In this document: positions 37,461 to 51,491 of the stretch, in pieces
How the letters are laid out: each line of letters begins with the position of its first letter
How positions within the stretch are numbered: the first letter of the stretch is position 1
NCBI GenBank assembly: GCA_907165135.1
Contig: OU015569.1
Location: 3,782,001 to 3,846,000, forward strand
DNA: 64,000 nucleotides
Direction of reading: 5' to 3'
Origin: Oikopleura dioica
Lineage: Eukaryota > Animalia > Chordata
Made by a program: the position numbers and the translations under genes
The notes under the pieces: generated by a model
Seen by the model: the letters and a program-made list of their open reading frames with translations, nothing else
Told to the model about the DNA's origin: nothing
The model's database searches: none

Positions 37461-37972
37461 GTTACGAGTCTGCCACTTCTAATTTTCTGTCTCTCGAATT
37501 TCGGTCTCTCTTTCGCTCCCGATCTTTTCGATAATCAGCTCTCAGCCTGAAAGTAAAAGTATGTAAGAATTTATCGGCCGCGTGTGAAGAGGAGAAAAGT
37601 GGGACACGGAAGTTTTTGTATAATTGACAGGGTGATTCAACCCTCATTTCCCTCTAGGCGCGATGAATTCGCAGCTACAAGAGCTTATCTCTACTCTAAA
37701 GTTATTCAACAGATATCGCCTTCTGAGTGGTGGAAGTCGAGACGCAAAATAGATGCCCAATAAGACTAATCGGGCAAAATAAAAAAAACGGTTTCTTTGA
37801 CCCAAAAATCAGATTACAACGGCCAAGCGAATTTCGCCTGAAGGTGCGACTCCTTAACAAATTTGGATGTTCGATCTTGGTAGTACCAAGTTGGTACTGC
37901 TACTTAGAGACTTTCGCAACCCCATAAATTTAGTAATGAGCTTGTAATAATAATATTTATTTGCATTGTTTT

Positions 37973-38359
37973 CTAAGCTTTAATCGCGCAATAGATAGGT
38001 ATAGGAATATCTCTAGTGAAAAATTGTTTTATCGAAGTGGTGAACTTGGCGAGGACAAGAATAAATTGGAGAAAAATCCGCCATGGCCATACTCTCTCGT
38101 CTGCGTAGACTGAAGCGCCCGGTCGGAAGCGGGTATTTATGGAGCGAGAGTGGCGGTTGTTGCCCCCGCTCAAAATCGATGCATAATAACAATGGGCAGT
38201 TGCCGAAGCTAGTAGTACATGAACTTCTCCGAGTTTTGGTAGACACCACTGAGAGACTACATGGACTGATTCCAATAGACTATGGCCCATAGATGACGGG
38301 TCATTTACATCAATTTGGAGACGACAAGATAATAAGTCAAATTCATAAAAAACATCCAT
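37973..38359 (-). CDS. Hypothetical 128-aa intronless ORF
   Basis: Open frame sitting in the same-strand array between RPB3 and IQGAP. No recognisable motif. Confidence 0.25.
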   Translation of the reverse strand: MDVFYEFDLLSCRLQIDVNDPSSMGHSLLESVHVVSQWCLPKLGEVHVLLASATAHCYYASILSGGNNRHSRSINTRFRPGASVYADERVWPWRIFLQFILVLAKFTTSIKQFFTRDIPIPIYCAIKA

Positions 38360-38639
38360 GATAAAGAATCTGTCTGGATTTCATCACAAACATTAATGAA
38401 ACGGAAAATTATTAATGCTATTTAGGAATTGCGATGATTCAAATGCTGAAGGATTAGTTGCAATTGCGTGTTTTACTTTAGGGCAGTTTAAAAGGATGAC
38501 TTTAAAATTGCACGATGACTCAAAAGAAATAGTAGAGCAAATCGAATTGACTACGAAAATAATCAGTTTATTTCCTAGTAGATGACATATTTGATGGCAG
38601 TTTTATAGTCATTTAAACTTGCGGACTAACTCCAATAGT

Positions 38640-39750
38640 TTAGTCCAAATTGTCTAAAGCAAGGGCATTCTGGCTCCATTCATCTTGATGCTGCGTTTGG
38701 AGATCTAATAGATCATTGTGAAAGTCGGCTTGTGAGATTTATCGTTACCCGATAATTTCGTTTTCAGTACTTGGATCCCTCTTGCGACGATTGTCTCCGG
38801 CCTCATAAACCCAAAGCTCTCAATGTTGAAGAAAAACTTCGTCGGTACACCAGTCGGGTCTAATGGCGCCTGATGCATGTCGTCTTCCAATTCGGAATAG
38901 ATTGACTTTGGCCATTCCTCTTAAATTACAGACATTACTTAGAGGGTTTAGGCAAAACTAGTCACCTGGTTTGGGATAAGTCGTATGACGAAGAGCATTG
39001 TCCGGATCGTACTCGAACTGGATCACGCACGGTTGCCATTTTGCGTGCTCCTTAGCAAAACCTTTTCTCGCTTCCGATAGAATTGACAATGCATATCAAA
39101 TATCATTTATCAAACGAGAAAGAAAGCGTCTTGAAAGTATCACCGACTATGTTTGCAGAAAAAGATATTGTCAACTCTTAACGTGAGCGGTAAGTTTCAA
39201 TGTTTGACCCTTTCGAAGTTTGACGATCAAAATTTGATTGCTATCACGATTATAGTCGTCGTCACTTTTCCCCAAGGCTGGTTGAACTAAAGCACATTTG
39301 AGAATATTGAAAATCACTTAACAAATAGTTACCTGCTGGGTTTCCAGACATAAGATCAGCAGTCGTTACTGTACGAGTCGCTTCCGTTTCGCATGTGACA
39401 TCAAGGGTAAATTCTACCGTGCAATCGTTGCAAAAATTATCACAGCTGCAGTCCCGAATATATTGCATCTGAGAGGGATTGAGCAATAGTACTCGTTTTT
39501 TTGGTACCTTTTCGACGACTTCCTCGCAGTGAAGTGGTATCAACGCTAGTCTGTGGGCGATGAACTCATCAATCAGCACAGTAGTATTCTCTTCAATTCG
39601 AATCCAGTCAATAGCGAGCACGGGCACTTCCGAGAGCCAGACGCGTCGCAGGGCGTTCGCTACGGAAAGATCAGTGTTTTCGATTGAAAATTTGCAGTTC
39701 TCATCCTTGATTTCCTCGATTCGCACGATCGGTTGATTCGCGTACGGCAT
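38640..39750 (-). CDS. POLR2C: RNA polymerase II subunit RPB3
   Basis: [49 protein letters not shown]...[13 protein letters not shown]...[14 protein letters not shown], plus [18 protein letters not shown]. Confidence 0.97.
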
Positions 39751-39860
39751 TCTATGAGACAAACAACTAACATATGAAAAATGATGAAAAAATTAGAAAA
39801 AATAACGATTATAGAGCAGAAATAAATAAAAGTACTCAGAAAATGAATAGACGGGACGAA

Positions 39861-40756
39861 CTAGATTGAAAAATTGCTCCAGAGAGATTCGTCGGATTGC
39901 TTGTCCTGGATGAAGATACTTTTGTTCTCTTTCTTCTTTTGTTTTCGAAGGGCTCGGTTGTTTTGTGTGTCTGCAGAAAGGAGAAGATAACCACAGTAAA
40001 AGGGAATCATCTGAACGGACGAAATAAAGACCTGTCTAAATACAGGTACGTACAATGAGAATAATTCCGCTAGCAATAGATCCGACACCATTGACGCTTT
40101 TGTTGTCATCAGAGATATACATGTTGACTCCTTGAAGAATCATCAAAATAGACGTAGCAAAAATTGCCGTGTACTGTAGTCCGGAGCAGTAAAGCATTCG
40201 AAATCGAATCTTCTTAAGCTTCTGCGCTTGTGACTCTTTGACTTCGAGGACAACCTATGAATATTTGTTTCCCATGCATGAGCTTAAAATTTACCGGGAA
40301 CCCGTTTTTTGGACTAACTCTCTTTCCTCCGAAAGCGCTTTTTCTTCCTGGTGATCTAGGAAATAATTATTGCTTTAGCTTCGTTTTGACAAAAACAAGC
40401 TTACACTGAAAGTTGTGCGCCACTTTGAAGGAAGGTAGATTTCGATCTCTGTCCTGGCTCATTCGTGAACACCAGGTTTCCCAAATTCGTGTTTGACTTT
40501 TGGGCTCGCTTCTCGCTCTCTTCTAATGTTGCTTTGAAACCTGCTAGTGCTTTGCCCGATCGGATAGAAATGTTTGAATTGCGAGAGCTAAGCGGTCTGG
40601 TTTGTAAGCCATAAGACGGTCTTGCTTTGCGAAGCTCAGAAAACTTGTCTGTTGGAAAAAAAAGATAATCTAAAGTACTAAATCTACAGTTACAGTAAGT
40701 GCGCAGTTTCTGTTCTTTCCTGGGTTGTCATCAGGTGCTGAAATCTCGATTCTCAT
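39861..40756 (-). CDS. Uncharacterised protein with ~3 C-terminal TM segments, multi-exon
   Basis: Spliced frame MRIEISAPDD...|DKFSELRKAR...|...RMLYCSGLQYTAIFATSILMILQGVNMY...GSIASGIILI|MIPFYCGYLLL...NFSI*. Confidence 0.6.
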
Positions 40757-41144
40757 CGCCTGCTTATACAAAAGAATACGCTGCCTTTACATGACCTGCC
40801 AGTTTTTTAATGAAAACTAACTATCTAGAAAATCGTGTTGCACTTGTTTTATTTATTGTTTGTTATCATGAAAAAGGCGCGAATGGGTTAACTAGTACAG
40901 TGTAGTTGGGCGAAGTCGGTGAACAGGAAAAAGATCTGGGAATCATGATCAGTTTGGGAAATTGGGAAGTTTTATTAATTATGTGAGTCGAAAAAAAGAA
41001 AGAGACTTTGATTGTGTTTTTTATTGAAGAAAATATTTCGGGGGCATTTGTTGGGAAAGATTTTAGGTACAGAATAGAAAGTGTTGAGGTCAATCAGAAA
41101 AAGAAGACGCTTAGGCACGGCTTTAGAGATAAGATGAGTAGGAA

Positions 41145-43488
41145 CTAGGAAGTACTGATGGCAGAGTAAATACAATGTTTGAGAGAGCGCACATGATCCG
41201 ATAGCTCGGCTGTCAAATCGACAGCGGTCTGGAGCTCGTTCGTTGCCGGCCAGAACTGGGCTGCTTTGTCGACTTGTAAAAGTGCAGTTGTAGACGACTC
41301 CGCAAGCTGATTAGAGAGCGAAACCAACTTCGTAACTCGATCTTCTTGTCCCTGCGATTCGAGTACTTTCGAAGTAGCATCTCCTTGAAAACAATCAATA
41401 CCGTAGCAAATATCAAAACTTACCGAGGAAGACAAGCTCAGAAGCAGACTTGTAAATCTTTTTTGAAATCGTTTGCAAGCTCTTTGGTGGACTATCTTTA
41501 GCCGATTCGATGAACTTGTCCATGTTCTGCTGAAGAGATTCCTGGGAAGATTTGAATTGAAGATAGAAATTCATCAATCTTTCGCGAGATGGAGACTTTT
41601 CGTTTTGAGCTTGTAGCCATTTTAGTAATTTTTTCGTAATTTCAAAATGATACCTGGAAGTTCTTTATAGCTTGATAGTCGATTGTAACGAGGAGATTTT
41701 ATTTCGTTGCGCAACGAAGGCGTCGGACGCACATTGTCGAGCTAGGAATTCGAAGCTCAAAAACTAGAATTTCATTTACTTGGATGTAATCGTAGTCATC
41801 TTGGTCGTGGTCAAAAGATTCGTTTTGCGTCTCTTCAATGTTTCGCGAAAGAGCTCTTGGAGCAATAGGCAGCGGACGATCCCTTGGATCTTCAATTTCT
41901 TTCAAAAATGTTTAAATTTCAACTAGATATTGACTTACCTATCGATTTCGTTTTAAGACTTGATGACAATAAAGGCGTCGAGTTTTTTCGTCGGAAAAAT
42001 GTCTTGAAAATAAGCTTTATATTTCTGGTCGAGAAATAAGAATAAGAACCTGTGCGTGTGTGTAAACATAGTTTGCCAGAGAGGCAAGATCGTCAGGCGC
42101 AGCTCGTGCAGTGATAACAAAAGAGTCGTAATCGTCGGGTATTCCTGTTTGAATATCACGCTTTGGGTCAGCAAGCGATTCGATTCTCCAACTGTTTTTT
42201 TCGAGCTTGAGGCGCATGTCGCCGAAGATCTTTGCGTCCTCTTCTACTGGTTGTAGAAGGTGGTTGATGTGTCGAACGCATCGTTGTTGGCCTGCCCCGG
42301 CTGCCGTTGCCATCGTCCGCCGGGTGAACTCGATCACATTCTCTAGCGATTTTTCCAGGGCAGTTGTTTTCATCTTTAATTGCTTTCAAAAACTGCGGAA
42401 AGGAAACAGCCTACCTTGAGATCCTCAGCTTGTCCATTCAACCGCTGGATGCATTTTTGGGAGCGCCATTCTGGGGATAAAAACTTCAACAGCGCAGTCA
42501 CTTTTTCGTCCAAATTTATTTTCAATTTCAGAAGTTTATCCATTGCTTCTTCGTTTGTGTAAGTGAAAGGACTTCCAAAGACCTAAAATTAGTTTAAGAA
42601 AATAGTAAGGTTATTTAAAGACGACCTGTAAGGGAATGGATTCTGTGCTAGAGAAGGATGCGATCGAGCTTCTGCTAGCAGAGGAACGAACTTGCTCGAC
42701 CGAGCTTTGCCGGGCCATACGAAGACTTGCGAGTGACTTTGGAAGTTCGTCGTAGTCATCTGTTTTTGATAAGTCGAGATTTGGTTTTGGAATGTCGTAA
42801 TCGTCAATTACAGTTGATTGAGATTTTTTCGGTGCAATTGTTGGCAACTTGGTTGGTACATCGTAGATCCCGTCTACTTGCACGTTTGGCTGAATCGGAT
42901 AAATATGCAAATTATTATTATTTCATACTTTTAATTCGTCGTAGTCATCGTCCTCGTTTGCAGCACTACCGTCGACTACGATGTTGTTATTATTATTCGT
43001 GGGCAGCTCGTCGTAGTCGTCGTTCTTTAGAGCTATTCCTTTCGTTGGTAGATCATAAACGCCATCGTCATTCTGTGGAGAAAATTTCTTTTTGAGTGGC
43101 AAAATCGTCACAAGTTCGTCGTAATCACCATTTGAGGGCAGATTCCTTCGAGGTAACGCATCATACGTATCTTCTTCGGGTTCGGGAGAGGAAATCACAT
43201 TTGCATTTGCATTCGCACTTCGAGGCAAATCGTAGACACCCTCTTGGACGGAGGCTTCAGTTTCTTCGATTTCTTCTACGTAGTTTACCGGAACGAGCCC
43301 CGTCTAGCTCGGAAAATAAAAATAAATCAGTAAGGAGGACTCACCTTGTCTCGAAGGGAACATCTCCACCATCCTGGAGTATTGTCGACGTTTTTCTCTA
43401 AAATGACGAGAATATCATTCGCGTTGAAACTCAGCTCATCAGTGTCCTCAGCTTCAGTCGAAAACAATGCTCTTGCCTTCTTCACCAT
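41145..43488 (-). CDS. CAS-family scaffold (p130Cas/BCAR1/NEDD9-like)
   Basis: N-terminal SH3 (ARALF...DELSF...GWWRCSLRDK|TGLVPVNY), a tyrosine-repeat substrate domain, a Ser-rich segment, a helical bundle (DDYDSFVITARAAPDDLASLA), a DYDYIQ motif and a C-terminal FAT-like region. Confidence 0.88.
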
Positions 43489-43742
43489 TTCGGCGAGCAG
43501 CTAACTCTACTATTTATGGGCGACGACGAGCAATTTTGAGTGTTCGCTCTAAATTTTAAATAAGAAGCCAGGCGCTTTTGGAGCAGATCAAACATCGCGA
43601 GCCGATGATTTTAACATCGAGTACGAGTCGAGATTTAGGTCATTTCTCGAAGATAACAGGGAACGAAAAGAAAAGGTGAATCAAAGATAATTTTACAGTT
43701 TGAAAAATAAACAAAGAAATTATGAACAAGGAACGAAAAGAA

Positions 43743-44108
43743 TTAGGAATCACACTTGCGGTTGCATTCTTCGTCCGCGCATTTTTTCTTCTTTTTTTGC
43801 TTCATTTGCTTGGGTTTTCTCTCAAGCGGTGAGATTTCGTCGTCGGAGGAGTCCGATTCTGAGCTTGATTCGCCGAAGAGCTTTGGTTTGTGATAAATAC
43901 AGCACACTTTGGTTGATTTGCGGCCGAGACCTTCATTATCCACCGTGTCCTCGGTAAACATCACGCGTCGCCGGGGCTGACTCTCTTCGACCTCAGGTAG
44001 CCGAGCTGTTATCACCACTCTTTCCGGCTGCGTTTCCCTTATTAATTGTATATGGAAAGATCCGATATTTCTTTTACCTTGCGGTTATTGTCATTGTTCT
44101 TGACCCAT
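43743..44108 (-). CDS. PPP1R11: Protein phosphatase 1 inhibitor-3 (PPP1R11/Ypi1)
   Basis: [41 protein letters not shown]. Confidence 0.95.
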
Positions 44109-44353
44109 TGCTATCGTTTTTAGCTAAAGAGCCTCGTTTCTGCAAAGTCGCCATAACCGAAATCAAAAGATAAGTCTGAAGTAAAAGTTTTCACTCGGAA
44201 GGAGCTATTTTCCACTGAAGTGTTTTATATTCAGAAGGATTTAGGCCAGTCTTTGTAAAATTTGTGATGTCCTGAGCGGTAACCGCCCTGATTAAATTTC
44301 TCGTCTTTCCAACTTTTTACGGGCTATTAATCTCTTTTACTAAATGGCTAAAA

Positions 44354-45551
44354 TTATTCGTAAATCGACTTTCTGCCTGAGTAATGCTCTGCCCGTTTCC
44401 TAGTCATCACACTGCTCCAATAACTATTCAAAAGCGGGTGCTCGGGCTCATCATGGCTTTCCAACAGATCGAATCGTTCGATCTCAAACAGCAATCGTTT
44501 TTCCAAGAAATCGAGAGTCTCCAAGTCAATAATCAGCTTGTCATACTTCAGTAGACTCTTTACATTAAGTCCTAGGCAGGTATTTATTTAAATGATAAAG
44601 ACTCTCTATAACAGGTTGTACCTTCCACTGGAAAGAGGTTATAATATTTCTTTGAGCGAATCCAGTTCTCGAGAGGAATTGGATAATCATTATCCTTATT
44701 TAGCACCAAGTAGCTCAATTCAGGCTCCTAAAAGTTAAAAATGTAAACTAAAAGCGTGCTTTGAAAAAGTAGACACTGTACCTTTTTAGTATTTAATTTC
44801 TTTGAAATCGCTTCAATATTGTTTGTCAGACTACTAACGACAAGCAGATCCCCCTGAATAAATTTGAGAGTCAAGCAGGAAACGAGAGCTTTGATTCTGG
44901 TCGCCCGATCGATCATATGAAAGTTAGAGATGTATGGACGTCGAGGCTCATCTGTAAACGCTCCCCCTAAACATTCAACTAGTGTTAATTTGGAGCTGAG
45001 TGATAACCTCTAAAATAGGGGCCAGTTTTATCACGAACGCGTTCGTATCCATGGCCAGAGCCACCCCATGGCTTTGCCCAGCGTTTATGTCCAGTCTCCA
45101 TTCGACTCTGCTCAAAGCTCATGTCAACCGTCTTATAAGTGTTCTGCCACTCCAGTGCCTCGTGAATAGCCTGCTGGTCCACCACTGCTGCCCAAATCTT
45201 TGGATGGAGCTGCGCTATCCCTTCTTGCTGAACCTCTCTGCTGATTTTGGTTTTTTGGGTTGTTTGTTGGGTTGTTTCTGGCAGTGGGGTATTTTGACCT
45301 GCATCGGTCTCGTCAATTTCCAGCGTTTCAAAAAGGTCTTCCACTGGACTCTTTGTTTCCAGAACAGTCACTCCATAAACAGAGACGGTTTCAGGAACAT
45401 AAGCTGACTGAGATGAAAGACGGAGAAGCTCGTCCGATCGCTTAAGTTCAAGATCAACTTCTTTCTTTCCAGGACGCACTCCAGAGGCACTAGACCAGAC
45501 AATCTTGGTACTAGCGAGTCGAGCCCGTATTCGTTTCGCCGATTTCAACAT
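44354..45551 (-). CDS. MRPL4: Mitochondrial ribosomal protein uL4m
   Basis: LHPKIWAA...IHEALEWQNTYK...KPWGGSGHG...GPYFRG, RIKALVSCLTLKFIQGDLLVVSSL and NVKSLLKYDKLII, all divergent uL4m motifs. Confidence 0.8.
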
Positions 45552-45746
45552 CTGAAAAATTCGATGTCAAACTTAAGTTTGAACAAACGTTCTTTCTTAC
45601 ATGTTGGAAGTAACAGCAGATTTACAATACAGGCAGACACAGAAATTGCAGGAGGATTTATAATTACAAAAGTCTAATTTTTGATTTTCAATTTCTCGGA
45701 ATTGCGTGAGGATAATCGATCATGTTCGTCTTCGGGCTTTTCGTTC

Positions 45747-46538
45747 TCAATTCTGTTTGACACCCTTTTTCGGAGCGCGTTTGGGTTGTTCTCCACCGAA
45801 AAAGCTTGACATTAGCTCGGACATGTCTGGCACGTTTCCGCCTTTATTCATCGTCTTCATTTGCTCCTCCATTTCTTTCTTCAGTTCGGGATCCTTTTAA
45901 TCGCAATTAAGTTATTTAAAAAGCAATAAAACGAACCTGCATGTCCATGAGTTTTGGCAACAGGAAAAGAACAACCATGGGCAAAATCATTATGAGAACC
46001 ATAGGCGATTTGAGAGTGTCAAGAACATTGAATTGCTCTCGCTAGAAAGAAGATAAATTGTGAAATGACAGCGTAGAGTTCACCTTTTGGAACCACTGAG
46101 TCTGCTCAATTGGCTGTAAGTCCATAATGTTGATTGGATCGACTTCCTTGAGAGTGAGAATATTCAGTCTTCGGTAACGGATTTTCCCTTCATTAAATGT
46201 TTGAAGAAGCTCAACTAGGTACACTGACCTTGTGCGTTGATGTCAACTCTGACCGAGTGGTAAGTTAACTTTGGAGATGCGACTTTGAGAATATAACTTC
46301 CAGGCTTCACATTGTGAACGGCAAATTGCCCGTTACTTTGGACAAAGCCCTTGAAAGAATTGTCAAAATTGCTTTAGGGGGTTAAGCCAACCTTGTATCC
46401 ATTATCTAGTTGTATTTCGACACCCGAGTAGGCTTCGGCATCCATGTGAGCATATTTGCTCGAGAGCTGCCCTTCGATAGTAACAGTCACTGCCGAATGA
46501 GCAAACGCGAAAAGGGAAAGGAGCAGCTTTCCGAGCAT
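45747..46538 (-). CDS. EMC7: ER membrane protein complex subunit 7
   Basis: Signal peptide, GQFAVHNVKPGSYILKVASP, VRVDINAQGKIRYR, REQFNVLDTLKSPMVLIMILPM...LPKLM...DPELKKEMEE and VPDMSELM. Confidence 0.92.
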
Positions 46539-46781
46539 CAACTCTAAAATGCATTGAATGGCAACAGCTTTTCAGTGAGAACTTTGTCTGTCATTGACAC
46601 AAGTGGTGAACTGGAGAGCGAGTTGGGACTTGGAAAAGAAAGGAAACAGAAGAAAAGCCACTTTCGCAATCAAAAGTATCAATAAATCGGGAAATGTCCG
46701 TATTACGCTCTTTTTCGTGAAGGGTTTGCGAGGTACGTTCGTTAAATTATAGTAATAAAAGTATTTTTAGAAAGAGGGGAA

Positions 46782-49700
46782 TCAAGATAAGTGAATAGGT
46801 TCTAAGTGATTAAATGGGTGCTTGCAGAATGGACAGAGCCCGTTGCGCGAAAGCCAGTCTTTGGCACACACAGTGCAAATCATGTGCGTGCAAGCCAATT
46901 TGCAGCGTTTTCTGTCACCGATAGGTTCGTAGTCTAGTTCGCAGATCCTGCAAGAGGTCACACCAGCAGTCTCTAGCTTTTCTGAATCGTGTGTTTATAG
47001 AGAAGTAAGGCGTATAGAATATGTACCGATTTGATCTTTAAAACGATCGTTTTGGCGTAGCTCTTTCCGCAGCTTTGAAACATCTTTTTTGAGAAGGTTG
47101 TTTTCTTGAAGCAGGGCCGAGTAATTTGTCACCGATCCATTCTAGCGGTGATCTGTTAGAACTGACAAAAATAATAATGCATTTACCTGCTCGAAATCAT
47201 TAGAGCGTTCAGCTTCGAGCTTCAGGTCGCGCAACTCAGTCGCCATTTGATTGATGCGAAACTTATTCGGCCGCTAATTGTAGCTTTAGTTCATGCACTC
47301 ACTCTCAAAGGCACTTTACCGTTTTCAGGGCTGCTTCCAGCGCCAGATTCTCTTTGTATAGGTCCCTGAGCGCTTCTTTAAACTCATTAACGCGGTCAGC
47401 TTTTTTCCGGTATTTCATTTCATACTCATTGCGCTGATCCAAGTTTCTCCGTGTCTCTTGTTTATTCCGATCAATCTTAAACTTAAAAACAATGATTAGA
47501 TGATGGTATCGTCTTTGGATGAACCTGGTGAAGCTGGTTCTGAAGATCATGGCACATCTTTTCAAAATCGGCTGAACGGCTTTTCTCGACATCATAACTT
47601 TGCTCGAGAGATTCATATTTTTCCCATAAATGTTCATTTTCTGCCCTGTGATTTTCAGCAGTCTTTTTGTAGCTCTCCAAATTGGAGATTTCTTTCGTCT
47701 GGCGTTGACACTTTAATCGCGCGTCCGCTAGCTCTTTCTCCGCTTTGTGCAGCTTCTCTTCCTTCTTCCGTGACTTGGAAAGAGCATCTTCTAACTCACT
47801 TATGCGGCGGTCCTTCTGTTCGATCTGTTTTGAAAGGGTATGGTCGGCCGTCGTTTGAATCTGCTTCTCCTTCGTCGTCACGCAGGTTTGGACGCTGCGT
47901 TCTTTCCGCGAAGTAGGGACTAAACGATATAGATTAAGATTCTTTCTGGAAACGGCTGCGTACTACTTGCGTCCGAGTCGCGTCTCTGCGTAGACTGCGC
48001 ATAAGCCTCTAGGTCGTCCGCAGACTCGTTTCGCTTGCTGGCCCGGAGCTGATTGATGATCTGCTCCATGTTCTTAACATCTTGGGCCATGGTGTCCGAT
48101 TTTAGGGTTATCCGATCTGTGCCGTTCATTTCCGTTTCCTTCTTCGGCACCTCTGAATTCGCCTTTTTGATCTTGCTCTTCGCTTTTGAACTTTTCGAGC
48201 TTTTCGACTCTTTCTTTTGCACACAATTGGAATGGTCATATTTGGACAGATTTTGTTTCAGAAAGTCTAGAATATCAGGAAATTGGTGGTTCTCTTCGTT
48301 GCTTATTGCTTTTGGCAGTTTTGTGATATTCCGCACATCATCGTAAGAGATTTCCATTTGCTCTCTCAACAAATCGGGGCGATTCATATGAATTTCAAGG
48401 TTGGACAGGATCAGCTTTACAGCTTCAAGTGAGCCGCCTTCAAAACTTGATGAAATTTCAATTTTGTCAAAAGCTACCTTTGGCAGCGTCGTTAAGAAGG
48501 TTGTAGGAACCATTTTTATAACAAATATGCTTCTGATAATTATTGAACATGTATCGAAGAAGCTCCGGATTGGCATACTTTGCACCTTGCTTCACGATAC
48601 TCATGATACAACATTTTTTCGAGTCTGGTTCTTTGATCTTTCGAAGGATGCTTCAAATAAGATTGAGATGAATCTGTTTTCCGAAGGAAACCCTCTCCTG
48701 ACTCAGAGTATAACGAACGATAAGCTCCAAGATAAGCTTGCTCCTGATATTGGCACAAAGAAGCAAAACCATGGGAGTGTCCGTCTTCCTGTAAACACCT
48801 TCAAGCGGATATTAACCTGTCGAAAGATGAAGTTTTACCATCTCTTGCCACCCAAACTCGCTCTTCGTATAATTTAAGTTTGCGCTGGAAAAGAATGTGA
48901 AGAATCTGCTGAATGTATTTTTCGTTAAATTCCCGGTCGAACACGCGGTCATCTCGCTTCGCTTTCAAGTTGAATCCTTGGACAAAGTGAGGACTGAAAA
49001 ATGAAAGCTGCTGGATGAATGGTGGGAAGCGCTGGTGTCCTCGGAGTAGGGCGCCTTTTCGTGGATTTATCGAGTTAATTTTTTCTCGATAGATGTGATC
49101 AAAATGGATAGTTCCTTTCCTTGATGAAGAAAACAATTCACCAGCTCTGGTAAATCCCAGGGCATGACTTCGTGCATCAACAGCGTTCTTTGTTAGAGAG
49201 CGATTATGACGGCGAACCGCTGTGAATGGTTACCTTTTGACGATCTCGATTTTGCGACGAGGACACAGCAACTCGAAGCTTTCGTTTATGTGAACCAGTG
49301 GGAAGTCACTTTCCTAGAGTTTAAAAAGCGGCTGAGATCGCTCGAGAATGGACTTGAGAAAACTCTGACTGACAAACTCGACGATGCTCTGCCTGTCCCA
49401 GCGGAGGGGACACACATCGTAACCTTCGAATACGTGCGCGCAGAATTCTTCCTGCAAGTGCGAATATCTTATCGACGATTCATCGACTTGCTTTTTGATA
49501 GCGTCCGAGCAAAAAGGATACCAGTAACCGTTCACGAGAATTTCCGCCCTTTCTTCGAGCATTGTTCGGGCTTAAAAAGACTCGTTAAGGAGGAGTAACT
49601 TGTTTTTTTGTATTTATTCATGGTCGAAAAGGAAAACGCGGAATGCTGTTCCACGCAGACACACGGAAACTGTCTCATAGAATCAAGAGGTTGATAATGT

Positions 49701-50590
49701 TATGAACTGTATGTACACTGGAGATGCTCTCTGGCGGAATCACGAATTTTCAGGCACACGGAGCGAAGAGTACGTTGCGAATGGAAGAATCAGTTGTGGC
49801 GGAGCGTATTGAGCACTTGATTGGTTTGGTGAAGAAGTCGGTTTGCCTCACGGAACACCCCTCGCTTTCTCTCGTCGCACCGATCTTGGAAGTATTCCTT
49901 AAAGGCATCTTCTACCGACGCTAGGCGCACAAAGCGATCTACCTTGAGCGCTTCGGAAAACCTCTTCGAGAAGCGAACGAATTCTCGTTTCTGCAAGTCG
50001 AGCCTGTCAGTGCTCGCACGGCTTTTCTGGCGATTGATGTCAATCTTATTGTTCAGTGCGTCGAGAAGCATTCGAATGTTTGAAGCAATGTCTTTGATCG
50101 TCTGCAAATTAAATTTAAAAAAGTCGTTTCAACTAGCAAATTCCTCACTTGAAGAAATATGGGTCGGTCTGGAATGACTCGTGGTATCGAGGAAAGAATC
50201 TTTTTCAGGTTGTCCGCTCGAGACTGTATCAACGGAGCTAGCTCGCTGAGGAAACGATGACTGATTTGCTCGAGATAAGAGGCTTTGGTTTACCTGTCAT
50301 TTGAAAGCTGAAACTCGCGCAAGTGTTGACTCGAAGTAGCTAGAATAGTTGCCTCGTAAGGATACGGTGTTCCGTCCGTCTGTTTGTGGAAGGAACGCAT
50401 GAAGTCTTCTGAGAAACCTAGTCACTCGATAAAAAATAATCAACAATTTTCTCATGTTACCTGGAGCATGTTTCTCTGCTTTCAAAAAGGTTTGGATGAG
50501 GGCCTTCTCTGCCTGCTGATCTTTTCCACAAATCCCACGAATCTTCGGAAGAATCCCGTACAGAAGAGCCGCCGATGTTTCGTTTGTCAT
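46782..50590 (-). CDS. Large coiled-coil protein with a C-terminal RING finger (putative E3 ligase; TTC3/DZIP3-like architecture, tentative)
   Basis: Terminal CRIC...LACTHMICTVCAKDW...CPFC RING, with long heptad exons upstream. Many open minus-strand exons extend to 50590, so this may be more than one gene. Confidence 0.6.
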
Positions 50591-51491
50591 TTTTCCTCTC
50601 TAAACAAGATCTTCTTTAAATTTCTCGTTAAATCAATCTGCCTCGAATCGATCGGATCAACTTTAAAAATTTTCAATAATGTAAAAAAAGAAATCTATTT
50701 TTCTCTATCTTCACAAATTCTTTCGATTCGGGTGGCGAATCTTAATAGAAAATGAGCTTCGCCAGTCTTCTTAGGAATTGTCTCCGAAATTGTATGCAAA
50801 TCGTAGGAACGCGGAAAGTAATTGCGCGATGAGTCACCGCGAAGAGCGCCCGCGCCGCTGATTTTTTTCATTCAAATAACTTCAAGTTGAAGTCTTCAAC
50901 AGTAACTTGATAATTCACAACGGCTCTATTTGGACCATGAGTGAGTTTACTAAATCCCACCTGTTACTGCTTATTCTTGGGAATGATCACGAGAACCGTT
51001 TTTTTTCTGTTCTCCCTTAGTGATGAAAATTGATTTAATCATGAGCCAAGATTTTTGCATTCAAAGACGATCGATGTTGTTTTTGTAATGTTTATTAAAT
51101 TCCAATAATAAAATTGGTTAAACAGTAGTTCCAATAAATTTAATCGATTAAAGGAGTTTTTCAGTTATTTCTAGAACAGAGAATCTAACGATACAATAAT
51201 ATCAACGGTCGAGGAGGTCGGCATACAAAAAGTTTCAGTAATTTCCAGTAGTAAGGATTTTTCAGTGAAATTAAATGAGATAAAAAAAGAGAATTGTATC
51301 TACGAGGCGCGAGGAAAGATTCACAAAGAGTTCCTAAAAGGCTAAAAAGAATACTTGACGAAGGAGAGAAGAAATGTGCTTAGTGCCTAACAGGTTTAAC
51401 AAGCATAAACTGAACTAATCAAGAGCAGGCTAATTGAGAGTTCGCTCGAAGCGAGAACTTCTTCCATTTGAAGCTGACTATCTGCTCCTTG

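Noticed and set aside
49206-49598. 130-aa plus-strand ORF inside the RING/coiled-coil locus
   Set aside because: The minus strand can be spliced through this region with plausible GT-AG introns, so it is treated as a shadow ORF. A nested gene is not fully excluded.
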